NCBI GenBank assembly: GCA_030141605.1
Contig: JAQGDQ010000999.1
Location: 7,413 to 71,412 of the forward strand
DNA length: 64,000 nt
Source: Tubiluchus corallicola
Lineage: Eukaryota; Animalia; Priapulida
Reading direction: 5' to 3'
A program made the translations under genes and the position numbers. Of this stretch, positions 25,909-39,354 are shown piece by piece. Positions within the stretch are counted from its first letter, which is position 1; every line of letters starts with the position of its first letter. The notes beneath the pieces are model-generated. The model was given only the letters and a program-made list of their open reading frames with translations, was not told the origin of the DNA and ran no database searches.

Positions 25909-27786
25909 CCATAATGCCTTACAAAAAGTCCACTAGTTACATCACTTTTTTCAAATGAATGACTGCTTCTACTGCACCTGAAAATGTTTATGTTTATATA
26001 ATGTTTATGTTTAATAAACATAAACATTTAATGATTAATGTTTATATAAAACAAAGCAAAGAAATTTAATACAAAAATTGCCTACATTTTTGCAAATTTC
26101 TTTGCTTTATTTTTCTACTTTAAGTGATAACAGTAAAATAAACTCAACATGCTAAATGACATGTCCTTTCCTTTAAGCTTAGTTTTGTCTCATCTGAATT
26201 ACGGATGATATTTTTCTATTTATTCAGGATATAACAACGTATAAATGTCTGATTCCGATGTGAAATTTTCTTCACTTCCCACATGCTGTTATTTATCATA
26301 GCTACAGTTATTGTAATCTACCTAGTATCCACTATAGAAAGTAATAATTTGTTAGCGTGTCAGAAGACAATGTTCATAATGTTTTAACTCAGGGGTGTGC
26401 AAATTATTTGACTAGCCTGGCCACATTAAACTTTCCCGCAATTCCTGCGGGCCACAGGCAGTTTGATCAAGGAGCCAAGCACAGAAAGGCCTAATAACGA
26501 TTTTTTTTTGCATCCGACCCGCGTACATCATTACTACTACACTCAGAGAAACTATTTTAGAAGTTATTAAAATTTATATTACAAACCATATATTTCTACT
26601 TTCAGGACAGATAGTGGTAATTTCATTACAATGCATATTAGTAATGTGTATCACACAGTCTGTGTAGTGCAGTGACATTAAGCTACAACCGCCTTGTAAG
26701 GGTTAATGGCATCCGATCTAGTAGAAAAAACTACCCGCACTATCTTTGGGATCGTGGCAGGGACTTCAGCTGGATACACTCAATTAATCGCTCGGGCCGC
26801 ACTTTCATTAGGCTGACAAATCTCTTCGCGGGCCGCAATTTGCACACCCCTGCCATAATGCCTTGCAAAAAGTCCACTAGTTACATCATTTTTTCAAATG
26901 AATCACTGCCACTACCGCACCTGAAAATTGCTTTACATTCATGTTTATATAAAACAAAGCAAAGAAATTTAATACAAAAATTGCCTACATTTTTGCTAAT
27001 TTCTTTACTTTATTTTTCTATTTTAAGTAATAACAGTAAAATAAACTCAACATGCTAAATGACATGTCCTTTCCTTTAAGCTTAGTTTTGCCTCATCTGA
27101 ATTACGGATGATATTTTTCTATTTATTCGGGATATAACAACGTATTAGTGTCTGATTCCCATGTGAAATTTTCTTCACTTCCCACATGCTGTTATTTATC
27201 ATAGCTATGGTAACATAGAAGCATGAAGTCACTAGGCATAGTTACACAACGCGTTTGCACAGCGTGCCATGTGCCACAAGTAATTATACCTGCACAAGTA
27301 CTAAAGCTAACTAATACAGCGGTCAATGATGAAAGTTCATTACCTGGATTAGGCCTATTATTATGTAAGCTTTGTTAGGTCTAACGTCTCAAACCGCAAA
27401 CAGATTGCAACAAGATGCTATAATGTATATCCTTTATGCAACTGGATAATAGCACCCAGTGTAGACGAAAGAAGCGAAAAAGTGAGGAGATTTTTAGCTG
27501 CCTTGTTTTGTTACAAAACCACAGTGGGTCTTTACTGCCGCCCGAAGTAGTTTATTGACTTCCAAACCACGCTGGACATTGTTAGATCATGTTATTCTAA
27601 CACCAATTTAGTACTTTAATTCGGAATTTGCAAGTCATTTATGCATTCGCCGGGCGTTACAATTGATTCATAGTTCACAAACGGTCTATAATTTGATTTC
27701 AGTGACAAATCTACCTAGTATCCACTATAGAATCAAAGTCGTAACTTTTTAGCATGTCAGAAGACAATGTTCATAATGTTTTAACT
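25909..27786 (+). repeat. ~480-bp direct duplication flanking MITE C (25909-26389 vs 26853-27207 + 27708-27786)
   Basis: Both copies begin ccataatgcctt and end cataatgttttaact. Confidence 0.9.
26390..26852. mobile_element. hAT-type MITE family C (TIR CAGGGGTGTGCAAATT)
   Basis: Near-identical to 42761-43254; no 8-bp TSD here. Confidence 0.9.
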
Positions 27787-28769
27787 ACTTAGATTAAAAT
27801 TAAGGCAAGTGTTTATATGCTATGAAATGTTTGTTAAAGTTAAACTTCCTTATCTTATCACATCGCCAACACTTTGGGCAAATCAGCGTTGTCGCTTATT
27901 GTACCGAGTACGCGATTGTAGTATTATGTGATCCATTTAATTGTCAGTCTACTACACTAAGGTACTGAATTAGTCTATGCTGCCATCTACAGTCGTTGTT
28001 TTACTCTAATTGTACAAAGTTTGTCAGAGATTGATTTTTGTTTCTAAATATTATTTCCTTTTGCTTTTATAGATATTCATTAATCAGAGTAATTAGATTG
28101 TTAATTTCATGCTTTAATTTTGGTTCTAACTCTCTTATTCAAGTTAAAATAGAGAAAAATTATAACATTACAACAAAGCTTTCTGTGAACAAATAATCTT
28201 TATTCTGCTATCAAAGAAGCCAAGTAGACTTTGATTTTGGTTTAACTAGTAGTCTGTAGAGTATAGGTGACCTTTCCATTTATGGTCTGTATGCATGAAT
28301 GTGATGTACCTTCCAATAGGAACTTGTATGTCTGGTCATGTGATTACAGCTTTATTCTCTCAGGCATGCAAGTTTCAGTTGATCTAGAGACAGCATTGAG
28401 AAAGGATGCAAATTTTCTACTGTTAAATAGCATATTGCTAACTTTATGACTGTTTGTTCAATTTTGTGATTGAGGTGAACATTGTATAAGTTTTACAACA
28501 AATTGATTGCAAATTTCTACAAGCACGATACAGAATAATTGTCTTTGTTTCACAAACCAACCATTCAGTACAAATTTACCTTTATAAATTATGCTTCATT
28601 ATTATTGTAAATCAGAATTTTAGCACAGACTGTGCAGAAGAAATTTTGATAGTCAAACGTTATTGTGGGATTTTTGTTTGTTATACTGGTGATTAATGGC
28701 ACCAGTGTTACTCTATACTGTTAGTGACTACTTTCTTGTTGGTAAATTCAAATACTTTTTTTTTAAGTT

Positions 28770-28968
28770 CTATAAGTTTATTTATTTCCACTCTGCATCT
28801 AACAATTATAATAAAAATACAGATAATTTCACTGAAGTAAATATAAATGCAGTATTATCCAGAAATTACAAAATGCAGCATATACACGTGCAAGTTACAT
28901 TACAGAATAATTTTGATGCATACAGTTTGAGCCTAAAAGCATAGCTTGACAGGCCAAACTGTACGTGG
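28770..28968 (-). mobile_element. Retroposon 3' end; copy at 56998-57211
   Basis: Two similar copies with hairpin and AATAAA tail on the - strand. Confidence 0.7.
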
Positions 28969-29325
28969 ATTTAGTCTTACTGATACTGATACCTATACTG
29001 ATACTACTTCCTATCAAATTCATGCAGTTTTTGTATTGTTCTCTTATATTCATACTTCAGAGTTGAATCAGTTATACCAATGAACTGTGTATGTGGTTTT
29101 TTCTAGTTTTCCTGTCTCCATTCCTTCTGTCTCTTATATGACTGGCTGCCCTAGCATTTTCTAAGAATGCAGTTGCTAGATGCAAGCCACCCCTGACTCC
29201 TCTTTTTGATATATCATAATTGCAGTAGGCAACATTGTTGAGCATCCTGGTTCACGTTGAACTCTCTGTTACCATTAATCTTCTTCGTTATTGTTTTTTT
29301 CTAGAATGATGCCGTTTTAACAGAA

Positions 29326-29419
29326 ATGACACCGTTGCACTCGCTTCTTTGCAAGGTTTTTTCAAGTGCCGCTCACAAATGCACAAATCATTTATGGAAA
29401 ACCTATTCTACTGTGGAAG
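29326..29419 (+). CDS. PsuG-PsuK probable first coding exon ([31 protein letters not shown])
   Basis: Acceptor ttttttctag| at 29304, ATG at 29326, donor G|gtaggt in the phase (1) needed by the next exon; no homology support. Confidence 0.6.
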
Positions 29420-32400
29420 GTAGGTATTTACAAGATTGGTACTTTTTTAGAAAGGGAATTAGTTTTTAAGAATTTTATCGAAACAATATAGAATACATTC
29501 GATTCAATTAGGCCAAAATTTATGTGTACTGAAGAAATAAACAGTTCTTATAAAAGTTTATATGGTGGCAGGTCACTAGCTTGACTGTTCATGCAAGTTT
29601 ATTTTTAAAAACCATTTGAAATCCAAACTAATTCAATGGTTCTACTATTTGTCTTGAGTGATGGTGAGACTCGTGAGAGTTTCTTTGAACATCGTCACTG
29701 TATCCCCTTCACTATACTATATTTATATTTATTTGTTTATTTGTGGATGCCAAATTCATCAAAGCTGTCTAAAACAAGACTAAATTTTGCTGTCATGTCC
29801 AAAACTTGAATTTCGTTTTTGGTTCATTTGTTTGTTTTCTGTCCGATAAGAAAGGAGGGGCATTGTGTTAAACTAAATGTACCTAAAAGGTTGTCCTCGA
29901 ACATCTGTCGTCCAATTTGGTGATTCCTGTATATAGTGAAAGAACAAATAAACAATAAATTGAAACTTCATCATGCATCTATTTACAATTCCAGTCAACA
30001 GAAAATACAATTCATAATAAAAATCCTGTGAAAGTAAAGTAAAGTAAAGATACTAGTAGACGCCACAATAATAACAGTTTACAATTTCAGTATATCATTT
30101 TGGGAAAACTTACATTCCCTATAACAGCAACAAACTATACCCCTTTCCTATGGTGCACTTATTTGTGGAGAAAAGCTATTCTCTATAGCATTCGGTAGTG
30201 GGGAGAAACTTATTTGGGTTTTATGGTGACAAACAAAGTCATCATTTTTTGCTCAGCATAACAGTTTATTGTTTGTACACCATCTTCACGTCACATGCCC
30301 CTTTGTCATTTACTTCATATCTGACACTGAGACGCCATTACGCAAAATCATACATTTTATGAAACAAGATATATAAATTCCTTTAATAAACTAATTCATT
30401 TCTTATCAAGAGATCGATTACGATTAAGTGAAATTAATGAGAGACTTTTAGTAAATAACTAAATAAAATTTACATACATCGTTGGCATTAAATCGTGAGT
30501 TACACAGAAACACGTCATCACTTGAACACATTGAAACTTGAATGACCGGTATTTGACTACGATGCAAATATTGAAGCCAGATGTCGCCACTTGTAACTGT
30601 AAAACGCTATATTAAATTTGACAAACAAAAATCCTTGAGAAAACCTGTGCTGTCTACTTTACTTCAGATCGGGTTTCTTTCAATCTCTTAATTTCTGCCT
30701 CGGTCTTTATACCAAGCCTTATTCATTCAACACATTAAGTAGCTAATGAGACACTTAGTTAAGGTTTCTATTTACATACTTGCACAATAGAACTACAGAA
30801 ATAATTATGTACATACTTTTGTAGATACTTCCTACAGTTACGTGAGGCAAGTGCTTAATTTGCTACTCGGAAACGTATTTCCAACAAAAGTATATGTTAT
30901 TCTCATTGCGTTTCTTTTGATTGGAGAGCAGAGATAACTTTGGCCCATGTGAAATATATTTATTTGCAAGGTCATTCCGTTGCAATGACTGCCCAGCATG
31001 CCTGCTTTAGCAAGGTCATTCCGTTGCAATGACTGCCCAGCATGCCAGCTTTAGTTGTGATTGCTTCTCAGGGTTGGTAAAGCGATTAATGCCTTCTTTA
31101 TTTTTTACATGTACATTTATAGAAATATTTGTCCTGTTCATTGCAAGTAGTTAGTCATGTGTAAATCATTGTACGAGGATATTACATGTTTTGGGATTGC
31201 AATTTACGTAGTTGATGCTTAGTCTTAGTCTTAGTCTTAGTCCTTCCCGTGCACGGATGCACATTGGGCAGACAGCATTTTCCACTGGGTTCTATCGGCG
31301 GCTTCTCTTTCGATGTTCTCCCATCGTCTGTTCATAGCCCGAAGGTCTTCTTTGAAAGATCTGCACCACATTGTTTTTGGCCACCTCTTTTCCTTTTTCC
31401 ACCAGGTGGTTCCCAGCGTAACGCTATTTTGGAGGTATGGTAGGCGTAGAATATGTCCAGCCAATCTCAGCCTTCTCTCTGCTACTATTTCCTGCAACCG
31501 CCTTGACTGCGCCTGCTGTAGGACTTCCACATTGGTAACATGGTCGCGATAGGATATTTTTAGGATTATCCGAAGACATTTACGGTGGAAGACGTCCAGT
31601 TTCTTTGATTTCGCTGCTGTGACTTTCCAGGTTTCGCTGGCATAAAGAGCCGTTGGCAGCACAATGGTTTTGTACAAACGACGCTTGATTTTCTTGTCAA
31701 TTTTCTTGCTTGCCCAGATTTTTCCCGTCTTCCTAAATACTGCTGCTGCTTTGCCAATTCTCACCGTGACGTCGCTTTCTGCGCCTCCATCACAACTCAT
31801 GACACTGCCAAGATATGAAATTAGGGACATGATAGTTGATGCTAGTTAGATGGAAATTAGGCAAAAATTAAAAGTGAGAGAAATATTAAGATATTATTTC
31901 AAAAACAACATTTAGTCATACCAACATGATAGTTGATAGAAATTGCTACACTATTATCTTCACTGCTAGTGATCCAGGATTTTCTACACTTTCTGGAACT
32001 TAATCAGTTTTGCTACAATCATTGCGGCAATGATTTAAAAGCTTATAGAACAGTTAAAGGAGAATCAAAACCTTAACTCGTTATTAAAGGTAGTTTTTTT
32101 AAGATAAAAGTAACCAAGTTTTCTAACAAAAAAGAAGTGTCATTACTACACTTAGATATGTTCACATCAGTGCAGATAGGCAGCCAGAAAGAAGCTGCCC
32201 AAGAGGAGTTTTGTTAGCATATTGTACCATTCCTTGTGACACAGTATACAACATGCATCAGTAGTAGCCTACATAATTGTTAGTACAATAATGTACTAAT
32301 ATTATTACGTATAATATATGCTAATAGATGTAACGAAGTTTCAATAAGGATTCAGAATTTGCTGTATAACAAAAGACTGTAATTTGAATTTACACATCAA

Positions 32401-35400
32401 TGTTTTCCTGATATTTGCTGCTAAAATTTACAATTACAACATAAACAACAGTACACCAAATCATTAACGTACACTTATCATTTATTCATAAAACACTTAT
32501 TATGTAGATGGGCACTAATCAAGTTTCGTCTTAATTACATTAATTATCTTACTTCCTGTAAGCCTGCTGCATCGTCGGATCGTAACTGTCCCAGGAAGCT
32601 TGCATGTTTACTGTCACCAGGTGAAAACATCACACATCCCGCCGACATGCAGGTACCTGCAACCCATCCATTACCAATCAGGATCTTCACTGTTAACTTT
32701 CTGGCCAAGCACATATCGATACCATTGCAAGTTCGTAGCTTCTTTTCATATCTGTGCGGTGGGCGAGGTGATATGTTTTTACCGTTTGTTGTTTACATAT
32801 AGCTGGGAGACACTTCGTGATTTTGCCAGAAGTACAGCAGGCTCTGAGCAAAGGCAAGCCAGTCGTGGCATTGGAGAGCACTTTGATAACTCATGGAATG
32901 CCGTACCCTGAAAACCTCCAGTACGTTTACAACATTATATATATATATATATATATATATATCTATATCTATATATATATATATAATATATATATAAATT
33001 TATATATGTATATGCATCTATAAATAGTGGATAAGGTTATGTACTCCATTTTGCTGTGCATGTAATGCACGTATTGAATGCACATGTTTTGCTGTGTGTC
33101 CGATTTGTATACAGTGAGTATAATGTTGTGTAGGTCTACCTGTGTTCTGCATGCTATGTGTGCAACATGTGCATTTTGTACTGTGTGCTGTGTGCAGTAA
33201 AGTTATAAACCTTGTTATGCCGTGTGGTGGAATGTATGTACTGCACAGAATTGTTGTGTACATCAGTGTGTTTATACAATCATACATGTAGCACAGTGGT
33301 TCCCAAAGTATGGGTAAATTACCCCCAGGGGTAACGGGGTTTTTTGGGGGGTAACGGGCACCCCTCTGAAAATTTTTAAAACTCCGCTCGGAATGCATTT
33401 TACGTAGTTTTCTTCTTGAAGAACGTGTGTTTACTTTTCGAGTTGGAGAAGTAGTACTAGGTGGGGGGTAATGGACACGACCGGGTTTCCCGATTTGGGT
33501 AACGGTCCGAGAAAGTTTGGGAACCACTGATGTAGCATATGCGATGTCTGAAAGTTTGTTGTGCTGGAAATGTTTGCAAAAACTACTAGCAACCACTAAT
33601 TAGGTTTTAGGGACAACAAGGTTTTTGTCAGAAAATTAGGGTAGCTCGGAGGAAAACCGCTGACCTATAAAGTATACTGTTAATCATTTTTCGTTCAGCA
33701 AATAAAATTATAATTTAAGAGAACGTTGTGACAACGTAGCAACTAGTGACAACGATGTGATATTGATGATATAGATGATGTTGATGACGAAAGTAATGGC
33801 CACGAAAATGACAGCGATACTAGTGGTTGTGATGGTGATGATGACGATGACGATGTCGATAACGCTGATCACTAAATTAGTAAGTATTTTATCTATTTTC
33901 AGGACGGCACAAGCTTTAGTGAGAATTGTTCGTGAAAATGGGGCAATTCCTGCAACAGTGGGAATTATCAATGGAAAGTTTCATGTAGGTGAGATAGCAC
34001 ATTGACATTTTTTTCGTCTGCTGATGCGGAGTTTACTTTACATCTACATCAAAAGTGCAAATCAATTGTGTTTTAATACATCACACAAAATGAAAAATGC
34101 AACGAAAGACTTCTTGTGGACTTGTCAAAGTTTTTTGAATTTTTACAAGAACTGGAATGACACGAAAAATTGCTGCAAATGTATAACTGTTGCAAATGTA
34201 GAGATATTGAAAGAGTTAAATGTTACACAGAACTACAAAAGTTTTCTATGTATATGTGGCAAATCACAAAGGAATTAGCATGTCAAGTTAACATGACATT
34301 TTAATGTAATTCGATTAGATAAGGAACATTAAACAACTTAAAAATAAAGGGGTAGTTTATCAGAACAAGGTGTATTGACATTAACGATATTTTGGCAGAC
34401 TACTGCTCCGTTCATCGTGTTGCGTAGAATTGATCATATAGAATTCCAGAATGTCATTTAAGTGCAAAAAAGCAAAATAAACAAATAACATCACACAACA
34501 AAATTGACTGATGGAATAGTTGCTATGGTAGACCGAAAAGATACCATTATTAGACATCTGTATTATACAGGCATTGAAATGCAATCATTGCCAGAATTTG
34601 TATTACAATTAGTTGCAAATGTACATCTATTGAAACTTTGCTCTCTGTATAAATGTAAACAGATGTCAATTTTTGGAGTCATTTGCAAACAAGTTCAACA
34701 ACACGAACTTCGGTATTGATTGCATTTCAATGCCTGTAGAATACTGGTGCCTAATTGATAGGCAATGATTGTGTGTTTTTGATGTACTGTATCAACCATT
34801 CCGTTGTTCAATTTTGCTGTCATGTTATTTGTTTTTTTTTTTGTATTTTCCCTGTTTAAATGTCTTTCTGGAATTCTACATGATTAATTTTATTTAATCT
34901 GACGAAGGGGGCAGCAGTTTTGCATAATTTTTAATACTAACAAACATCGTGATTAGTTAACTCTTTACCTTTATTACAATATACAACATCATTCAACAAA
35001 TTATTAAACATCTCGTTACACTGAATATTCTTTGCTGAAATCATTTTTTTGTGTATCATTTAAAAACAAGAAATACGATACCTCCATAGAGGAGACGGGC
35101 CCTTGCTGTACTTTTCTGAGTTATTTTTTATGAAAATTGTTTTATCTAGTATAGTTTCTTAAACTTGAAAATGGAGACCTTTTTCCTTTAATTTTCTTTG
35201 TATATTTCTGGCAGGTTTATCAAAAGCAGCGTTGGAGCTACTAGCGAAAAAGGAACATAATCCAGTCAAGGTGTCTATCCATGACTTGCCAGTAGTGGTT
35301 GCTCAGGTAGTGTTTTGACATAGTGCCCACTGTGACTGGGCCTTTGTTATATGAATAAAACTAAATTTATTTGTATTACTTGGTTCATCTTTGTTACAGA

Positions 35401-38400
35401 TGAGTGTTTATGCTATCGTAACAGTTTAAGTTCGTGCTGCGTTATTACAAGATACATAGTAATCAATCTCTGCCGTTTGATGCGGAATTTATTCTAGTAT
35501 ATTTCTATAAAGTTTCATGTAGATCCATTTTGAATTGGCAGAGCCTTTAATTTTTTTCAAAAGTAGTGTTATCGTCGCCATCTTGAATTTAAAATGGCGG
35601 TTTGAAAATCTGATTCCACCAATCGATGCAGAATTTGCTCTAAAGTTTGGTGTAGATCCATTTTGAATTGGCAGAGCCCTAAATTTTTTTCAAAAGTAGT
35701 GTTATCATCACCATCTTGAATTTAAAATGGCGGTTTGAAAATCTGATTCCACCAATCGATGCAGAATTTGCGCTAATATATTTAAAAAAGTTTCATGATG
35801 ATTCAATGTGATTTGGTAGAACATTAGGATTTTTTGAAAATGATGTTTTGCCATCATCTTGAATTCAAAATGGCAGTTCTAAAATCCTACTAGATCAGTC
35901 AGTGCAGAATTTGTTCTAGTTTTTTCATCTGAAGTTCATGACAATCCAATGCGAATTCACGGAGCCCTAGGCTTTTTTCAAAAAGTATTCCCCACGAGGA
36001 CAAGGACAACTAAGCGGGGAGGTCCCGAATACAAACCCGTGGCCTGATCCGATTCCGATCATTTTTACCCATTGCTGTTGGCCGATCCAATCTGAGATCC
36101 GGTATCAGACCTGACACGATGTGATGGTATTATAACTGCTGCAGCTGTTGTTTATGTTGTGATTGTGGGAAGTCAAAATAAAATATAATTATGACATTAG
36201 CTTGAGAATAAGATGTCTTATTGACTTCTACTACAGTTATAATGATGACATTTTTGTCCTTCTGTAAAGTACTTATTGTGTACTAGTTTTGTGTTTATAG
36301 CTACTGTATCATCTTCTACTATAATAACATTATTATTATTATTATTATTTTGATTGAATGCATTAATATTAGGCCTATACATCATGACACCTTTGCAGCC
36401 GGGCTGCAGTGTAATTAGCACACTCAAGATGATTATAATAATCTCAACAAAAATAAACACATAACCACATAAAAGCATGTATAGAGAAGCGTAACGTAAT
36501 CAGATTTTCATTTTGGTTGACATCATACTGAAGGGCAGACATATTAGCTATATTACATACCCCGTATTTGTGATGTCTGTCCCTCCGTACGTCTTGGGTA
36601 AAGCAAAACCTGAGGTGAGCAAAGGCCAACTAAACGGAAAAATACTGCTAGTTATTATTAATACCGTTAGTTTATCTCTGTTAGGATCAATCAGCTTCCT
36701 ATAATTGACTCAGTGACATATTTCACTCACGATAGCAATTGTTTTTTTAAACGCACATTAAATCAACTCGCGGTGAAAAAATAACTAGTGACAATTTTCA
36801 TGGTAAGATACAGATGCGAAAGAAACATGTGATAGATTAGTAACAAGCTCACGGGCACAGAGTTTGAAATTGAAAATATTTGCATTTTCCACATATGAAA
36901 CACCCACTTTAGTCAAACTCGTACGTTTTGCGGCTCAGTCAGCATTTAAAAATTGCATTACTTCTATGCGAATGGCATGGTGGGAATGAAATGAAATAAT
37001 AACTTCAATTTTTTTGAAGAAATTGCTCAAATGAATGACTATAAGTGTTGAGTATGATCGCATTCATTAGACGCTAATACCAAAAGGCTCAATCAAAGTT
37101 TACTTCTGGTGTATTCAAAGTGAAAATTTATTTTATGGTAAAATATCTGCATTGCTATTGCCAATAATAGAACATATCGACCCGATATTCGATTTGTTCT
37201 GAAATGCTAATTTACTTGCTAATCTCCGATTATTCATCGGACCGGCACATCCCTGCAACTAAACGAGTAGCGATTTGGGTCAAACGTAAATGATGTAACA
37301 TTTTAGTTTTTCTCTCATAGAAGTTGTATGGCGGCACAACAGTAGCCAGCAGTATGTTTGCAGCATCTCTGGTAGGAATTTCCATATTCGTTACTGGTGG
37401 GATAGGAGGTGTTCATAGAGGTGCCGAAAAAAGTGAGTCATGCTTTCTTCGTTATTAGATTTGTGGATGCGCCCAATCCAGGCAAAGAAACGGCAAAAAT
37501 CAGTATTGAACTGCGCGATAGACCTGCAATTTATTAAAATAATAGATCACAAAAAGTGCTTAAGAACGTGCTAAAGCTTATTACTATTTAGACAAAATGA
37601 AAAGTTAGATTTAAGAAGACTGAAACACAAATTATTACTTCATGATTCTAGAGATTTGAAGCAATTCTAACCAATTTAAACTACAAACTAATTATTAAAG
37701 TAGATGGTGACTTTCATGTACTGGTGACAACTTTGGCTTGAAGATACAACTAGTGACTGTTAAATTGTAACAAAATAGACAAAGCAATGCAAGTATCACC
37801 AAACGGCATGATCAGCATAGCGGCAACAGAAAATCTAACTACGTGTAAGAACAAGTGTGATTGATAGGTGGCGTATACTACTAAAGCTTAGGTCACATGA
37901 CTAAGGCTGACTTCGTTTTAAACACTCAGGAAATGCATGTTTGTAAAAATGCGAAAAGAAAACAAATAATTATAGAATGCTAAATTAAATTGCTTGACAC
38001 CAACAATAGTTATAAATGTAGTAAAACTAATGCATTAATTAATTATTTATGGTCTTTAAGTTAATTGATTAGTGGTGGAATGAAATTTTTAATAACTGAA
38101 TTTTTAAACGGAAAGTAAAGCAAAGGTAAGGAAATGAAAAAGTTGAGATTCAAGGCTTGATTTATAGCAGGAAGCGTTTGATTTTGTCATTAAGTTAATA
38201 TTGGTTTAAATAATGGTGCAATTGCATTTATATTATTTATCATATCAACGTTTAGATCATACGCTGTTTTTGTTGGCATCCTTCTGTCCCGGAAGATAAT
38301 GGAATGTGCGCCAAGAGAGTCCGATCCTTGAACGTCTCCAGGGCGCATGCCTCGGCAAGGTGTATGGAGATCCTGAGTTGCCTAGACCGCAGGAACCCCT

Positions 38401-39313
38401 CTCTTCCTGCCTTATGTAGTCCAAAGGAAAGCGGAGCGATACGTATGGCACCAGGTTGGCTGCAGGAGCTGCCGGAGTCATTGAGCATGCTGCACTGGTC
38501 CGCCTTCGGAGCTCCACTCCTGATTTGGAAGGTTTACTCCTCTACACATGGCCATTGGGTCACTTGACCTACTCCGCCCTGTAGCCGTTGGCTGCTTGTG
38601 CAGCTTCTTCGCCTAGTGTCGAGATACAGTGTGGGCATCCCGCAAGCCTACAGCACCTGGTATTCACCAGATCATACACATACACAACACAAAAGTCAAA
38701 AGCATTTTTGTCTTTATTCGTGTATATAGCGGGTCGTATTGTAGTCAAAATATATGACAAAACAGTTAAAAAAATTTGCTGTCCAGTATAATTTGTCTAA
38801 TATATTCCAAACAGTGTTACGTAATAATTTTTTTATTGTTTTCAGCTATGGACATTAGCGCTGACTTAGTACAGATGGGAAGAACACCAATTGCTGTTGT
38901 GTGTGCTGGTGTTAAATCCATATTGGACATTGGATTAACATTAGAGTATTTGGTAGGTTTAGTGTTTTCATTTCTAAGTTCAAAATTCAATGGCGCCGAT
39001 GCTTTATTCTTACATATGCAGTTTATTATTTATTTTCATTGTTTCTTTAAGTATTAAGTTGAAAGTTGCGGTGCCTCTCAGTACATATTATGATCTTTTG
39101 CTTACAATCTAACAAAAATATTAATTTTGCTGGTGTATGTTTGTATTGATGGATCAATCAATCGATCGATCGATCAATCAATCAATCAATCAATCAGTCA
39201 GTCAGTCAGTCAGTCAGTCAGTCAGTCAGTCAGTCAGTCAGTCAGTCAGTCAGTCAGTCAGTCAATCAGTTAGTCAGTCAGTCAGTCAGTCAGTCAGTCA
39301 GTCAGTCAGTCAG

Positions 39314-39354
<41 letters not shown>

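Noticed and set aside
26672-27058. 128-aa ORF, similar to ORF 43034..43285
   Set aside because: Both lie in copies of non-coding MITE family C; no transposase motifs.
32647-32767. Alternative presequence-like first exon ([14 protein letters not shown]…[12 protein letters not shown]) for PsuG
   Set aside because: Would need a 35-nt intron with a weak donor, implausible given the other intron sizes here.
33740-33880. Asp-rich or Met/Thr-rich reading frames before a PsuG exon
   Set aside because: Decayed (GAT)n microsatellite; the Asp-rich frame is closed by stops and has no splice support.
38644-38670. 5S rRNA gene
   Set aside because: Only ~27 nt of the 3' end, fused to unrelated sequence inside a TSD.
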